The notes below the pieces were generated by a model that saw nothing but the letters and a program-made list of their open reading frames with translations, was not told where the DNA came from and ran no database searches. Positions 20,695-30,693 of a DNA stretch of 64,000 nucleotides are shown in pieces (the stretch's first letter is position 1; each line of letters starts with the position of its first letter). Both the position numbers and the translations under genes were made by a program. Source of the DNA: Candidatus Dojkabacteria bacterium (lineage in GTDB: Bacteria; Patescibacteriota; Dojkabacteria; SC72); the NCBI GenBank assembly GCA_040765985.1, contig JAXGRK010000002.1:9940-73939 (forward strand), given 5' to 3'.

Positions 20695-21030
20695 TTAGCT
20701 ATTAGATCTCTTAGAGGAAATGCCCTCTAAAATTCCAGAACCAATTGCCATAATAGAAGTAATCTTTTTTATTGGTACCAAAACAGCACTATTCACTTGA
20801 TATACAGTACCTTTTACAGTACTAACCATCCCTTCTACATCACTGATAATTCCATTTGCCACTCTTAAAGTTTCCTGTGCATCAATAACAATTTTCTTAG
20901 CTTCCTTAATTGTATTCCCAGATTCTTTAAGTAACATTGCTAATTGATATAGAACAAAACAAACAAAGAATGTAAAAACACCAATAATAATCATCCAGTA
21001 CAAACTTGGTATACTCTCCATTTTGATCAT
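20695..21030 (-). CDS. DUF948-like small membrane protein
   Basis: 111 aa. N-terminal TM followed by a T/V/S-rich helical region, matching the DUF948 pattern. Confidence 0.4.
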   Translation of the reverse strand: MIKMESIPSLYWMIIIGVFTFFVCFVLYQLAMLLKESGNTIKEAKKIVIDAQETLRVANGIISDVEGMVSTVKGTVYQVNSAVLVPIKKITSIMAIGSGILEGISSKRSNS

Positions 21031-21101
21031 AGTGTAAATTTAATATATATAATTATGCTTGTATTTACATACTAATGTCAAGCTAAATGGTATAATTAAG
21101 T

Positions 21102-21830
21102 ATGAATAGATTCTTTATTAAACACAAATTAAATATTGATGACACTGTCCATCTCTCAGATTCGGACAGTGAATTAGTTATAAATAGCATCAAATTAAAA
21201 GTAGAAAATTTCATTGAAGTAGAAACATATGATGCTGTATATTTAGCTGTAATTACGGACATATCTAATAAATCCGTTGAGGTTGAGATATTAGAAGAGA
21301 TTGAAAAAAAAGAAGAAGAAAATTCCCATGATTTAACAATATTACAATCCCTTATCGGAGATAATAAATTTAACTTTTTCTTGGAGAAATCTATTGAAAT
21401 AGGTATTGACCGAATTATTCCAATAGAATCTTCTTATTCCACAATAAATAGAAATAAAGCATTAAAAAAGTTTGGACTTTGGAAAAAAATAATTAAAGAT
21501 GCAACAGAACAATCTAGAAACATCACTCCTACAATATTGGAAAAACCAATTAAATTAAAAGATCTCTCGATTAAAGATATACCTAATAGAATATGTCTCT
21601 CAACTGAAAATACATCCTCTATAAATCTAGATAAATATTTTGAAAAAGCTAATATTAAAGAACCAACCATAATTGCTATCGGACCAGAAAAGGGTTGGAG
21701 TAGTAATGATATTGAAATATTTAAAAATTTAAATTTCACCTTTATTAAACTTAAAGGTAATATATTAAGAACTGAAAGTACTGGATTGGTAATAGGGAGC
21801 ATAATTAAATACTTAAAAGGGGAAATCTAA
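21102..21830 (+). CDS. rsmE: 16S rRNA (uracil1498-N3)-methyltransferase
   Basis: 242 aa. C-terminal IAIGPEKGWSSNDIE...GNILRTESTGLV is the RsmE SPOUT signature. Confidence 0.75.
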   Translation: MNRFFIKHKLNIDDTVHLSDSDSELVINSIKLKVENFIEVETYDAVYLAVITDISNKSVEVEILEEIEKKEEENSHDLTILQSLIGDNKFNFFLEKSIEIGIDRIIPIESSYSTINRNKALKKFGLWKKIIKDATEQSRNITPTILEKPIKLKDLSIKDIPNRICLSTENTSSINLDKYFEKANIKEPTIIAIGPEKGWSSNDIEIFKNLNFTFIKLKGNILRTESTGLVIGSIIKYLKGEI

Positions 21831-22855
21831 TGGGAAGAAAGAGAACAAGAAACAATTACAAGAAACCAAGAAGTTTTAACAAAGATTCAGAATCAAAATA
21901 CTTTACAAAAGATGATATCTTTATTTCCAGAATGGCTAGTATTCTAAGAATTCCAAAGAATGCTGTTTTAGAAACATTCAACCAAAGAGCGCTTACAACA
22001 ATTAGATTAAATTCTTTGATGGGTAATCCTAGAGATACATTAAGAAGATTAAAATCTAGGGGCTATGAACTTAAAAGTATTCGATGGTCTCCAAATACAT
22101 ATGTTGTGACTAATCGAGACAAAGGAGAGATTTCTCAAATAGATGAATATAGAGAGGGGACTTTTTACATACAGGATTTATCTAGTATCTTAGCAACATT
22201 AGTACTAGATCCAAAACCCAAGGAAAAAATAGTAGATGTTTGTTCTGCACCAGGCAGTAAAACAACACATATTGCAGATTTAACAAAGAATAAAGCAATT
22301 ATAATTGCTAATGATATAGAGGTAGGAAGAACTAACTCCCTTCGCAATGTAATAGAACAATTTGGGGCAACTAGTGCAAAGATTACTCTAAGTGATGGAA
22401 GAGAGTTTGGGAAGAAGTATCCTGACTATTTCGACAAAGTACTTTTAGACGCCCCATGTAGTGGAGAGGGGAGAATATACATGAGAGGACAGAAACCTTT
22501 AAGATTTTGGAGTGTAAAAAAAGTAAAATCCTCAGTTATGATTCAAAGAGAATTACTTGAATCTGCTTTTAGAACTCTTAAAACTAATGGCACTTTGGTA
22601 TATTCAACATGTACACTAGAGCCAGATGAGAACGAAGGTGTATTAACGACATTGTTAAACAATCATAAAAATGCTCAGATAGTTGATATTGATATTGTAA
22701 ATACTCAAGCGTTTAAGGACTACAAAAAACATATTACAAGAGGTATTACTCACTGGAGTGGAAATCAATACCACCCATCTGTTAAAAATAGTATAAGGAT
22801 ACTCCCATCGTCTGAAATGATGGGCTTCTTTATAGCAAAGATAGTAAAAAAATAG
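21830..22855 (+). CDS. rRNA cytosine-C5 methyltransferase, RsmB/RsmF (NOL1/NOP2/Sun) family
   Basis: 341 aa. VDVCSAPGSKTTHIA (SAM-binding) and LDAPCSGEG (catalytic Cys) motifs. Confidence 0.8.
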   Translation: MGRKRTRNNYKKPRSFNKDSESKYFTKDDIFISRMASILRIPKNAVLETFNQRALTTIRLNSLMGNPRDTLRRLKSRGYELKSIRWSPNTYVVTNRDKGEISQIDEYREGTFYIQDLSSILATLVLDPKPKEKIVDVCSAPGSKTTHIADLTKNKAIIIANDIEVGRTNSLRNVIEQFGATSAKITLSDGREFGKKYPDYFDKVLLDAPCSGEGRIYMRGQKPLRFWSVKKVKSSVMIQRELLESAFRTLKTNGTLVYSTCTLEPDENEGVLTTLLNNHKNAQIVDIDIVNTQAFKDYKKHITRGITHWSGNQYHPSVKNSIRILPSSEMMGFFIAKIVKK

Positions 22856-22876
22856 GGGAGTTACCCCCTACTTCTA

Positions 22877-24980
22877 TTATTCCTTAGTAACTTCTTCCTT
22901 CTTCTCGTTTACCTGTTTAATACTTAGCTTTAACTTACCATCTCTTTCCTTAGAAACAAGCTTTACTTTTACATCATCTCCCTCTTTAAGATACTTTCTT
23001 ACATCTTTAACAAACTCGTCTGTAATTTCGGACACATGGACTAAGCCAGATAGACCTGGAGCTATATCTACAAATGCACCATACTCCATTATACTTGCAA
23101 CTTTACCGTCATATATTTCTCCTACAACTGGTACTAAGCCAAGTTTTTTAACATAAGCTAAAGCCATATCTATTGATTCTTGATTCATTGCATATATATT
23201 TACAGCACCACTTTCCTCTACGGTAATTTCTGCCCCTGTTCTTTCAGTTAACTCTCTAATATTTTTTCCTCCTGGACCTATTAACTCTCCAATCTGATCT
23301 ACTGGAATTTCTGCTCTAGCAACCTTTGGAGCAAACTTGGATAGTTCTGCTTTTGGCTGAGAGATTGCTTTCTCCATTACCTCTAATACTTTTAATCTAG
23401 CAATTTTTGATTTCTCAAAGGTTTCTTTAACAATCTCTATGGTTAAACCCTTCATCTTGTTATCCATTTGTACTGCTGTAATACCATCTTTTGTACCTGT
23501 TACTTTGAAATCCATATCTCCATAGAAATCTTCTACACCCTGCATATCTGTAAGAATATGGAATGTACCATTCTCTTCATTTACTAAACCACAAGCTATT
23601 CCCCCAACCATCTTCTTAATTGGAACACCTGCAGCCATTAGTGCTAATGTTGAACCACAAGCTGATGCCATTGAACTTGAACCATTCTCTCCCTGAACTT
23701 CAGACATTACCAAAATTGTATATGGGAATTCATCTACAGATGGAATGACAGGAATTAGTGCTTTCTCTGCTAACATACCATGTCCTATTGCTCTTCTACT
23801 TGGAGATAGACGTGCTCTATCAGCATCTCCATAAGCAAAAGGTAAATCGTTGTAGTAATGCATATATCTTTTCTCTTTCTCACCTAACATATCATCAACT
23901 AACTTTGCATCTTTAAGTGTACCCAATGTAGCAATAGAGAGCACCTGTGTTACACCTCTGGTAAATAGGGCAGAACCATGAACTCTTGGTAGCAAGTCTA
24001 CCTCTGCATCCATTTCTCGTATTTCATCAAAGTCCCTGTTATCAGCTCTTTTACTCTTTTCTGCAACATACTTTCTCATGGTCTTCTTAAGAAGCTTTTC
24101 ATATCCCTCACTCATTTGAGATTTAGAGTATTTACCTTCAAAGTTTTTAAATACCTCTTCTTTAGTAGACTCATGTAACTCTTTATCTCCTTTTAAGAGG
24201 TTTTCTAAAAGTCTATCACCTAAAAATTTGGATATCTCTTCTATCATTGCTTCATCTATACTAAATGAAACATACTCTTTTTCAACCTTATCTAATTTCT
24301 TTAAGAATTCATTTTTGGACATCTACCCATTTTTGCATTTCAGATAAGCTCATTTCCATTGCCTTAATTACATCTGATTCAGGGATTTCATAACAACCTG
24401 CATCAATCATTGTAAATACCTTTCCATCACCCCCTAATACATAGTTCATTTTATTCTCCTCATCTACATCTTCCATACTTCTATAGATTGCCTTAATACT
24501 ATCTCCCTCCATACCCATTCGGACACCTGCAATAGGGCCATCAAATGGTGCATGTGAGTTCATAAGGGCAACTGACGCAGCATTTATTGCTAAAATTACA
24601 GGATCATTCTCCTCATCATATGACATTACAGTAACAATCAAGCTTAACTCATCCCTGTAATCGTCTGGAAATCTAGATCGTAGTGCTCTATCTATCATTC
24701 TTGCTTTTAAAACTGCATCATCACTTGGGAACCTCTCAATTTTTACAAATCTAGATCCATTAATCTTACCCGATGCATAGAATCTCTCTATATATTCAAC
24801 AGACATTGGGAAGTAATCATTTTCCTGTTTTGCTTTAGCAGTATTAACATTAACCTCAACAACGGTATCCCCCATTCTTGCAATAACTGCACTTTCTGAC
24901 TTTAAAGCAAGTTTTCCTGTTTCAAATGAACACTTCCTACCATCTATTTCAAACTCATAAATTTTTTGATTAAACAACAT
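22877..24980 (-). CDS. pnp: Polyribonucleotide nucleotidyltransferase (PNPase), split into two ORFs by an apparent 1-nt deletion at about 24309-24322
   Basis: ORF 24309..24980 is the first RNase PH domain. ORF 22877..24322 is the alpha-helical linker, second PH domain, KH (IGPGGKNIREL) and S1 domains. The frames differ by 1 at ccaaaaatg. One extra A gives ...KWVDVQKNEFLKKLDK... and a continuous roughly 704 aa PNPase. Confidence 0.9.
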
Positions 24981-25073
24981 AAATAATTATATTAAAAAAT
25001 ATTAAATATCAAACTAAATAACTTAGTAGTTATATCAATATAGAGGGAAAAAAGAAAGACCTGAAAAACAGTA

Positions 25074-25337
25074 TTATATCTTTATTTTCTTTGTAAATGT
25101 TTCATACCTCTCTGGTTCGCTTTGTGAAAGGTACTGTAATAACCTTCTCCTTTTACCAACTTTCTGAAGTAAACCTCTTCTTGAGTGATTATCTTTTTTG
25201 TGATCCTTAAGATGTTCACTTAACTTTAATATCTCTTGCGTAAGAATAGCTACTTGAACTTCGGGAGAACCAGTATCACCCTCATGGAGGGCAAAGGAGT
25301 TCACAATCTTTTGTTTTTCATCTTTAGATAATGCCAT
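25074..25337 (-). CDS. rpsO: 30S ribosomal protein S15
   Basis: 87 aa. [19 protein letters not shown]...[16 protein letters not shown] is canonical S15. Upstream of pnp as usual. Confidence 0.93.
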   Translation of the reverse strand: MALSKDEKQKIVNSFALHEGDTGSPEVQVAILTQEILKLSEHLKDHKKDNHSRRGLLQKVGKRRRLLQYLSQSEPERYETFTKKIKI

Positions 25338-25396
25338 ATATTCTAGATTAACATCATATATCTGTTTTTACAATAGCACAACATCGTACAAACCCT

Positions 25397-25425
25397 ATTT
25401 TATATTATTATAGGATTTGTGTCAA
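25397..25425 (-). promoter_or_regulatory. Candidate rpsO promoter (TTGACA-N15-TATAAA)
   Basis: The minus strand reads ttgacacaaatcctataataatataaa roughly 65 nt upstream of the rpsO ATG. Confidence 0.35.
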
Positions 25426-25433
25426 ACATTTCT

Positions 25434-26615
25434 TTATCGAGAAACCTTATAACAGTACAGTTCATCACCTTCGTTGCTTTCTACATCAATATCAAGAATC
25501 ACACCACAATCTTCTCCCTGTTTTACCTCATGTACAGTTTCTTTTCCTTTTCGTAATGATTTTATTTTACCTTCTGCCAATATTTCATCATTGCGAACAA
25601 CATAACATTTACAATCTCTTTTTAATATTCCATCCTTAACCCTAGAACCGAGTACCTTAGAACCATCTGAAAGTACAAACATCATTTTTATTACAGCACT
25701 TCCAATCTCTTCTTCGACATGTGCAGGAGTAGACAACATCTCCAACGCATCTTCAACCTCTTCAACCAATTTATAAATGATGGAGTAAGTTCTAACCAAA
25801 ACTCCACTCTTTTTTGCTACATCCTCAGAACCCTTTTCTATACCTACTTCGAAACCCAAAAGAATCGCTTTTGATAGTTTAGCCATCTCAATATCTTTAT
25901 TTGTTATATCTCCAACTCCATCAGATACAATATTAACTGAATACTCATCTTTCTTAACTTTCACTAATGATTGTTTTAATGCTTCTAGAGAACCTTGAGA
26001 AGAGCTCTTTACAATTACATTAAGAATCGTATCTCCGTCTTTCTGTTCTTCATCAAATATTGAACCGAATATGTCATCTTCAACAATACTCAAATCCTCT
26101 AATGTGGGTTCTACTTTGTACAAAGTAGAGAGTAATTTAAGATTATTTTTTTCTAAAATGAAAACTTCTGTACCTAAAGGTATTAAATTCGATATCCCTA
26201 TTACTTTACCACCACAACCACAAGATAAATCACAAATATTCTCTCCCTCCTCTGATATTATTCCTTTTACTTTCTCAATTTCAAAACTTTCTCCTTTTTT
26301 ATACCCTAACCAAGAGCCCTTACATAGGTCCCCACTTATTAACACCAATGAAGATATATTTCCTCTAGTCTTATCCTTTACTGATTCTAATACATAGGCC
26401 CTTGCAGCAACTCCTTCAGGTAAAACCCCTCTATCCTCTAAACCCTCAACATCAGCAACGAGATTGATTAAATCTAAAAGTTCGGAGATTCCTTTCCCAG
26501 TTTTTCCAGAAACCTCAATTACAGGTATATTTCCTCCCATACCCTCTACTTGTACCCCTTCTGTTTGTAATATCTCTTTTAATCTTAGCAAATATTTACA
26601 TTTCAGGCAGATCAA
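25434..26615 (-). CDS. infB: Translation initiation factor IF-2, intact 3' part only (end of G domain, domain II, C1, C2)
   Basis: 393 aa open frame. NIPVIEVSGKTGKGISELLDLI is the G5 region, followed by the beta-barrel and C-terminal domains. The frame is bounded upstream by stops. The 5' continuation is recognisable but disrupted (next feature). Confidence 0.85.
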   Translation of the reverse strand: MICLKCKYLLRLKEILQTEGVQVEGMGGNIPVIEVSGKTGKGISELLDLINLVADVEGLEDRGVLPEGVAARAYVLESVKDKTRGNISSLVLISGDLCKGSWLGYKKGESFEIEKVKGIISEEGENICDLSCGCGGKVIGISNLIPLGTEVFILEKNNLKLLSTLYKVEPTLEDLSIVEDDIFGSIFDEEQKDGDTILNVIVKSSSQGSLEALKQSLVKVKKDEYSVNIVSDGVGDITNKDIEMAKLSKAILLGFEVGIEKGSEDVAKKSGVLVRTYSIIYKLVEEVEDALEMLSTPAHVEEEIGSAVIKMMFVLSDGSKVLGSRVKDGILKRDCKCYVVRNDEILAEGKIKSLRKGKETVHEVKQGEDCGVILDIDVESNEGDELYCYKVSR

Positions 26616-27120
26616 TCTTGTTTATTACAACAATGGGTTTTATGGAGGATTTTTATTATTTCTATAGATTCAACAGTTTGTGGCTTAACACTATCATTAG
26701 CAGCAACTATTAAAAGAACAATATCTGCAATACTACTCCTCTAGATCTCATCAACTGAATGCTTCATGACCAGGTGTATCTATGTAATTTTTTTAGAAGC
26801 ATTTTTGCCTGGAGCAATTGTAAATACACAGATATCTTTGAGTTACCACCTGGCTTCACAACTTTGAACATGACTCTTTCTAATGTAATCAAGTATTGTA
26901 GCTTTTCCACATACATGACTCAATATTGCAACAATTGGGACTCTGGCTTGAGCACATATATTTTTGTTTCTCAACTTTTAACCATTTTAAACTATAATAC
27001 TTTCATCTTAATATTACTTCCTCTTTTTCTCTTCTTCTTTTCCTGCAACCTCTTCTTGTTTGCTCAGCATACTCCCCTCAACAGCATCTTCCTTTTTCTC
27101 TTTCTTTTCTTTTCTTCTTA
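26616..27120 (-). pseudogene. infB: Disrupted 5' part of infB (G-domain remnants in three frames with in-frame stops)
   Basis: Minus-strand pieces: PIVAILSHVCGKATILDYIRKS (P-loop with one codon missing and substitutions), IDTPGHEAFS, MRSRG, SSIADIVLLIVAANDSVKPQTVESIEII and [13 protein letters not shown] (G4 NKID). Each sits in a different frame. At least 4 frame changes within about 150 nt. Boundaries approximate. Confidence 0.6.
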
Positions 27121-28205
27121 TCTCCCTTCTCTAACTTCTTCATTCTCTTCCTGTATTTCTTCTGGTATCTCACCCTGGGCTCCAACAATATCAATCTTAA
27201 ATACCTGTCAATTTCCAAGCTAATCTTACATTTTGACTCCTCTCTACTGATAGCTATGATAGCTGATCAGAAGGAGATACCTGTTGCTGTATCATCAGAT
27301 ATTTCCAAGCAGAATCAACCTTTGCAGGACTTAATGCATTAGCAACAAATCTCTCTCTAAATCTTCATCCTTATCAATTATATCAATCTTTTCTCAAGCA
27401 AGTTCATTCATAATGTTTGCTATACGAATACCTCTCTGACCTACACATGAACTAATTGGATCAATACCATCTTGATGTGACACATGGGTAATTTTTTTCA
27501 TCTTCTAGAACTAGCTTTGCAACTGCCTTAATTTCAAATTCACACCAGATTCAATCTCAGGAACTTCCAATTTAAAAAGCTCTATTAAGAAATTAGATCT
27601 GCCTAGATACTAATATTTCAGAGTCTTCAATACTCTTAAGTAATACTTTGTACCTCTCTCCAACTCTATAGTAATTCATTAGCAATCTGCTCCTCTTGTG
27701 GCATAAATGCAGTTGCCCTTGCCTATCTCCATTACTGCCATACCTTTTGCATTCTTGTACCAAAGCTGTATATACCTCTCCTACCTTATCACTAAATTAC
27801 CTATTACTGCATCTCCTTTTCAGATTCTCTATCTTTTGGTAGTAAAACCTGTTTAGCGGTTTGTGTAGCTATCCTTCCTAAATCATCAGATGCATCTCAA
27901 TCTGAACAGAATCCCCTATCTCAACACTTGGAGAAATTAACTCTGCCTTCACTTAATGCAATCAGTCTCAGTCATCGTTTACCTTTTTAACAACTTTCAT
28001 TGCAAAGTTTAAAACTCACCAGTCTCTCTATCAACTCCTACTGCTAAATTACTACCTAACTTTTCATCAATCTCCTCATATTCAACCTTCCATGTTTCTC
28101 TTTCTTAATGTACTTAATATTTATTCCAAGGCCTTAAAGATCTCCTTTATCTATTCTCTTTTCTGTTGCTATCTGATTTATGGCAGCTACTAACTCTGAT
28201 GTCAT
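27120..28205 (-). pseudogene. nusA: Disrupted nusA remnant
   Basis: From the ATG at 28205, MTSELVAAINQIATEKRIDKGD (NusA N-terminus). Further on, DPISSCVGQRGIRIANIMNELA*EKIDIIDKDEDLE and FVANALSPAKVDSAWKYLMIQQQVSPSDQLS*LSVERSQNVRLAWKLTGI*D (KH1/KH2), with TGA, TAA and TAG stops and frame changes. Boundaries approximate. Confidence 0.55.
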
Positions 28206-28251
28206 TGCTATATATATAAAATATTAATAAAAAATTATCATTACATACATA

Positions 28252-28285
28252 CTAAAAAAGGTGAGAAAAACATCTCACCATATCT
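28252..28285 (-). terminator. Intrinsic-terminator-like hairpin (ggtgag-N8-ctcacc followed by T6 on the minus strand)
   Basis: Perfect 6-bp GC-containing stem at 28260-28279 with a U-run 3' on the minus transcript. Lies between the dnaJ remnant and the nusA remnant. Confidence 0.45.
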
Positions 28286-28289
28286 TTAA

Positions 28290-29360
28290 TACATCTTCCA
28301 ACGAAGTATACTACAAGTGTGTATTAAAATCCAAATACCAAAAGATATTTTAGCTTTGCCTTTAACTCCTCCCAAAGCTTCTTTTCTTCTCATTAATCTC
28401 TTAGGAATATCTACATCCACTCTCACATACAAATTTCCTTGTACCATCTTTACCTAATACTGGTACCTTCTCCCTTTACTCTAAATATGGTGCCTGGTTG
28501 TGTACTACTTGGTATTTTTAACTTAACATCACCTTTTTAATAGTTTCAATATCTATCTTTCCACTGCAATTGCAGTATGAACAGGTATACTTACAGAGTA
28601 CAAATCATTCCTCTTCTATCAAATTTCTCAGATGGCTCGACCTCAACTTCAATAAATAGGTCTCATACTCTGTATTAATACCTGCGTTTCCTCCATCTCT
28701 AAACCTTAAAACCATTCCATCACATGCTCCTGCTGGTATATGTATCTTCATATTCTCTGTCTTTGATTCATGGTTAAATTTTTACCTGCACAATTCATAC
28801 AAACTTTTTCTGGGATGTCTCTACCACTACATTTAGAACACTGGGCCATTACGGATATCTGACTCAAGAAACTGTTTTGAACTCTTCTCTACCAGTTCCC
28901 TATATACATCACATGTTTTTTCCTTCACTGTACTACTTCCTACCCTTACACTCTTCACACTTTATATTTCCTTTGACCAACCTTAAACTCCCCAGCACTT
29001 TCCATTGCTTCATCAAACCCAAATCTCATCTTGTACTCATATTCTCGCCACCAAATATTCCCGAGCTTCATTCTGATTCCCAACTACAAATCAACTAAAA
29101 TTATTTCCATTTCCTCCAAAAATGTATTGAAAATATCACCTATCAAAAGGTGCCACTGCAGCTTACATATTCATACCCACTACCATTGCCACTTCTTGGT
29201 CAAAACCCTGAGTACTGGCATGACCATACTGATCGTAAGCTGCTTTTCGTGTCATCAGAAAGGACTTCGCATGCCTCCCGAACCTCTTTAAATTTATCCT
29301 CAGCACCATCTTCCCTCAGTTTACATCCGGATGAAACTTCATAACAAGCTGGCATGCCTT
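28290..29360 (-). pseudogene. dnaJ: Disrupted dnaJ remnant
   Basis: From the ATG at 29360: MPACYEVSSGCKLREDGAEDKFKEVREA.EVLSD (J domain, HPD region degraded). Then KAAYDQYGHA...GF and DIFQYIFGG (G/F-rich region), then Cys-rich fragments. All are broken by stops and frame changes. Confidence 0.5.
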
Positions 29361-30229
29361 TTTAATTTTCTTCTTTTCGAATTCTTGTCTATACCAAGAA
29401 CTTCATAGTAATCTCTTTGTTCATATAGGTGATATTCTAGCAGACAAACGCATTATGCCTACAGATGACATCAAAATCTTTAACTGATAATATATTTAAC
29501 ATGGAAAATGATATACAAATACAAAGAGAAAATGAAAGGAAAATATCTAATACAAAAGAAACTTTCTGTTTTTGTTTTGTTGGGTTATCATTATTTGCCC
29601 AATCTATACCCTTACTCTCTTCATATATCCAAGGAGAGGTTAACATCTTAAAACAGAAACTAATGAAAGATCCTTTGCCAGAATCATATAGGCAGTATAT
29701 TGAAGACCACCTGTATACCATGATCCTGGAGTAAGTTACTTTGCGAATCTTCTCAAATAGTGTTGAAAACCTTAAATACGATGGTCTATTTACATATGAC
29801 CCAACAACTAAAACAACTAGAGAAGTACTTGTAGACAAAAGAGAAAAAGGGCTAAACATGTACATCAATATACCTTCAATAGTTATACTCAATATACTAG
29901 TAACAACTCCTAATGTAGAAAGAAAATGAAGAAGTATAAGATAGATACTCTAAATCTGATTAGCACATTTTAAGGCACCCCTATCCCTGAGATGGAGAAA
30001 CTCCCTTTATATACGGACAGTGCAGTGATAAGTTTTTTTAATAGACACTCTAATCTCCCAGAAACAATATTTACCAAACTTGAGAATGTGGATATTGAGA
30101 TAGTGTAGAGATAGAGAGAGAGGATACTACTCTTTCATATATTGTTAGGAAGTAAAAATTGTTTCTCCAGATGATTTTTCCATTTTGAAAACTCAAGATA
30201 TGAAACTGTAACCTTAATGACTTGTTGGC

Positions 30230-30693
30230 TACTTGGGTTTGAACTAAGAGATTAATAGTAGTAGCTGAAAGGATTTAATTTTTTGTACAATGTATATAAG
30301 GAAATAATAAAAAGAAAATAGTAATACTCTCAATAATTTATGATATTGCTAATGATAAAATATATTATGTATTAGTATGCTTCCAAGTAGTCAAATCTGT
30401 TGAGATAGTATTTTGGGGGTTCTTAAAGAAGAAGAGGCACGCATCCATTAATCGAAAAATACCAGCAAGAGAATCCAGGTATAACAATTAAGTATGCAAT
30501 ACAACCATTAAAAGACACATGAATCCATCCTCTATGGAAGATTACAACAATCTGATACTTCGAGTTTACCTGCACCAGATATTGCGATGATACATAATAA
30601 TTGGTTACCCAAATTTCAAAATATTTATCTCCTCTACTCAAACGACATTATGAGTGAGGATACATACTGCAAGAGTTCAATTAACCGGCTATA
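30230..30693 (+). pseudogene. Disrupted 5' part of the solute-binding-protein gene whose intact 3' part follows
   Basis: IEKYQQENPGITIKYAIQPLKDT* in one frame and LPAPDIAMIHNNWLPKFQNIYLLYSND in another (SBP family-1 N-terminal motifs), in frame with and contiguous to the intact ORF at 30694. Start approximate. Confidence 0.5.

Noticed and set aside
26616-29400. In-frame TGA codons inside recognisable nusA and infB remnants (e.g. ELA*EKIDII, where NusA has ELGGEKIDI) could indicate UGA=Gly recoding (genetic code 25, as in SR1/Gracilibacteria).
   Set aside because: The same remnants also contain in-frame TAA and TAG and many frame changes. All intact genes in the window, including the 6.4 kb and 2.1 kb ORFs, are open under code 11 and terminate normally at TGA, TAA or TAG.
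26759-29892. Track ORFs inside the degraded block (26759..27223, 28877..29098, 29031..29291, 29150..29344, 29437..29892, 29465..29929).
   Set aside because: They are low-complexity, with no motif. They sit opposite or across the infB, nusA and dnaJ remnants, so they are most likely chance open frames in a region without selection on frame.
26616-30693. Diversity-generating retroelement, targeted hypermutation, or APOBEC-like deamination as the cause of the degraded block.
   Set aside because: No reverse transcriptase and no template/variable repeat pair. The block is 4 kb, not about 100 bp. The changes include many indels and are not confined to A or C positions. The G-depletion on the plus strand fits no single substitution class once the codons are compared.
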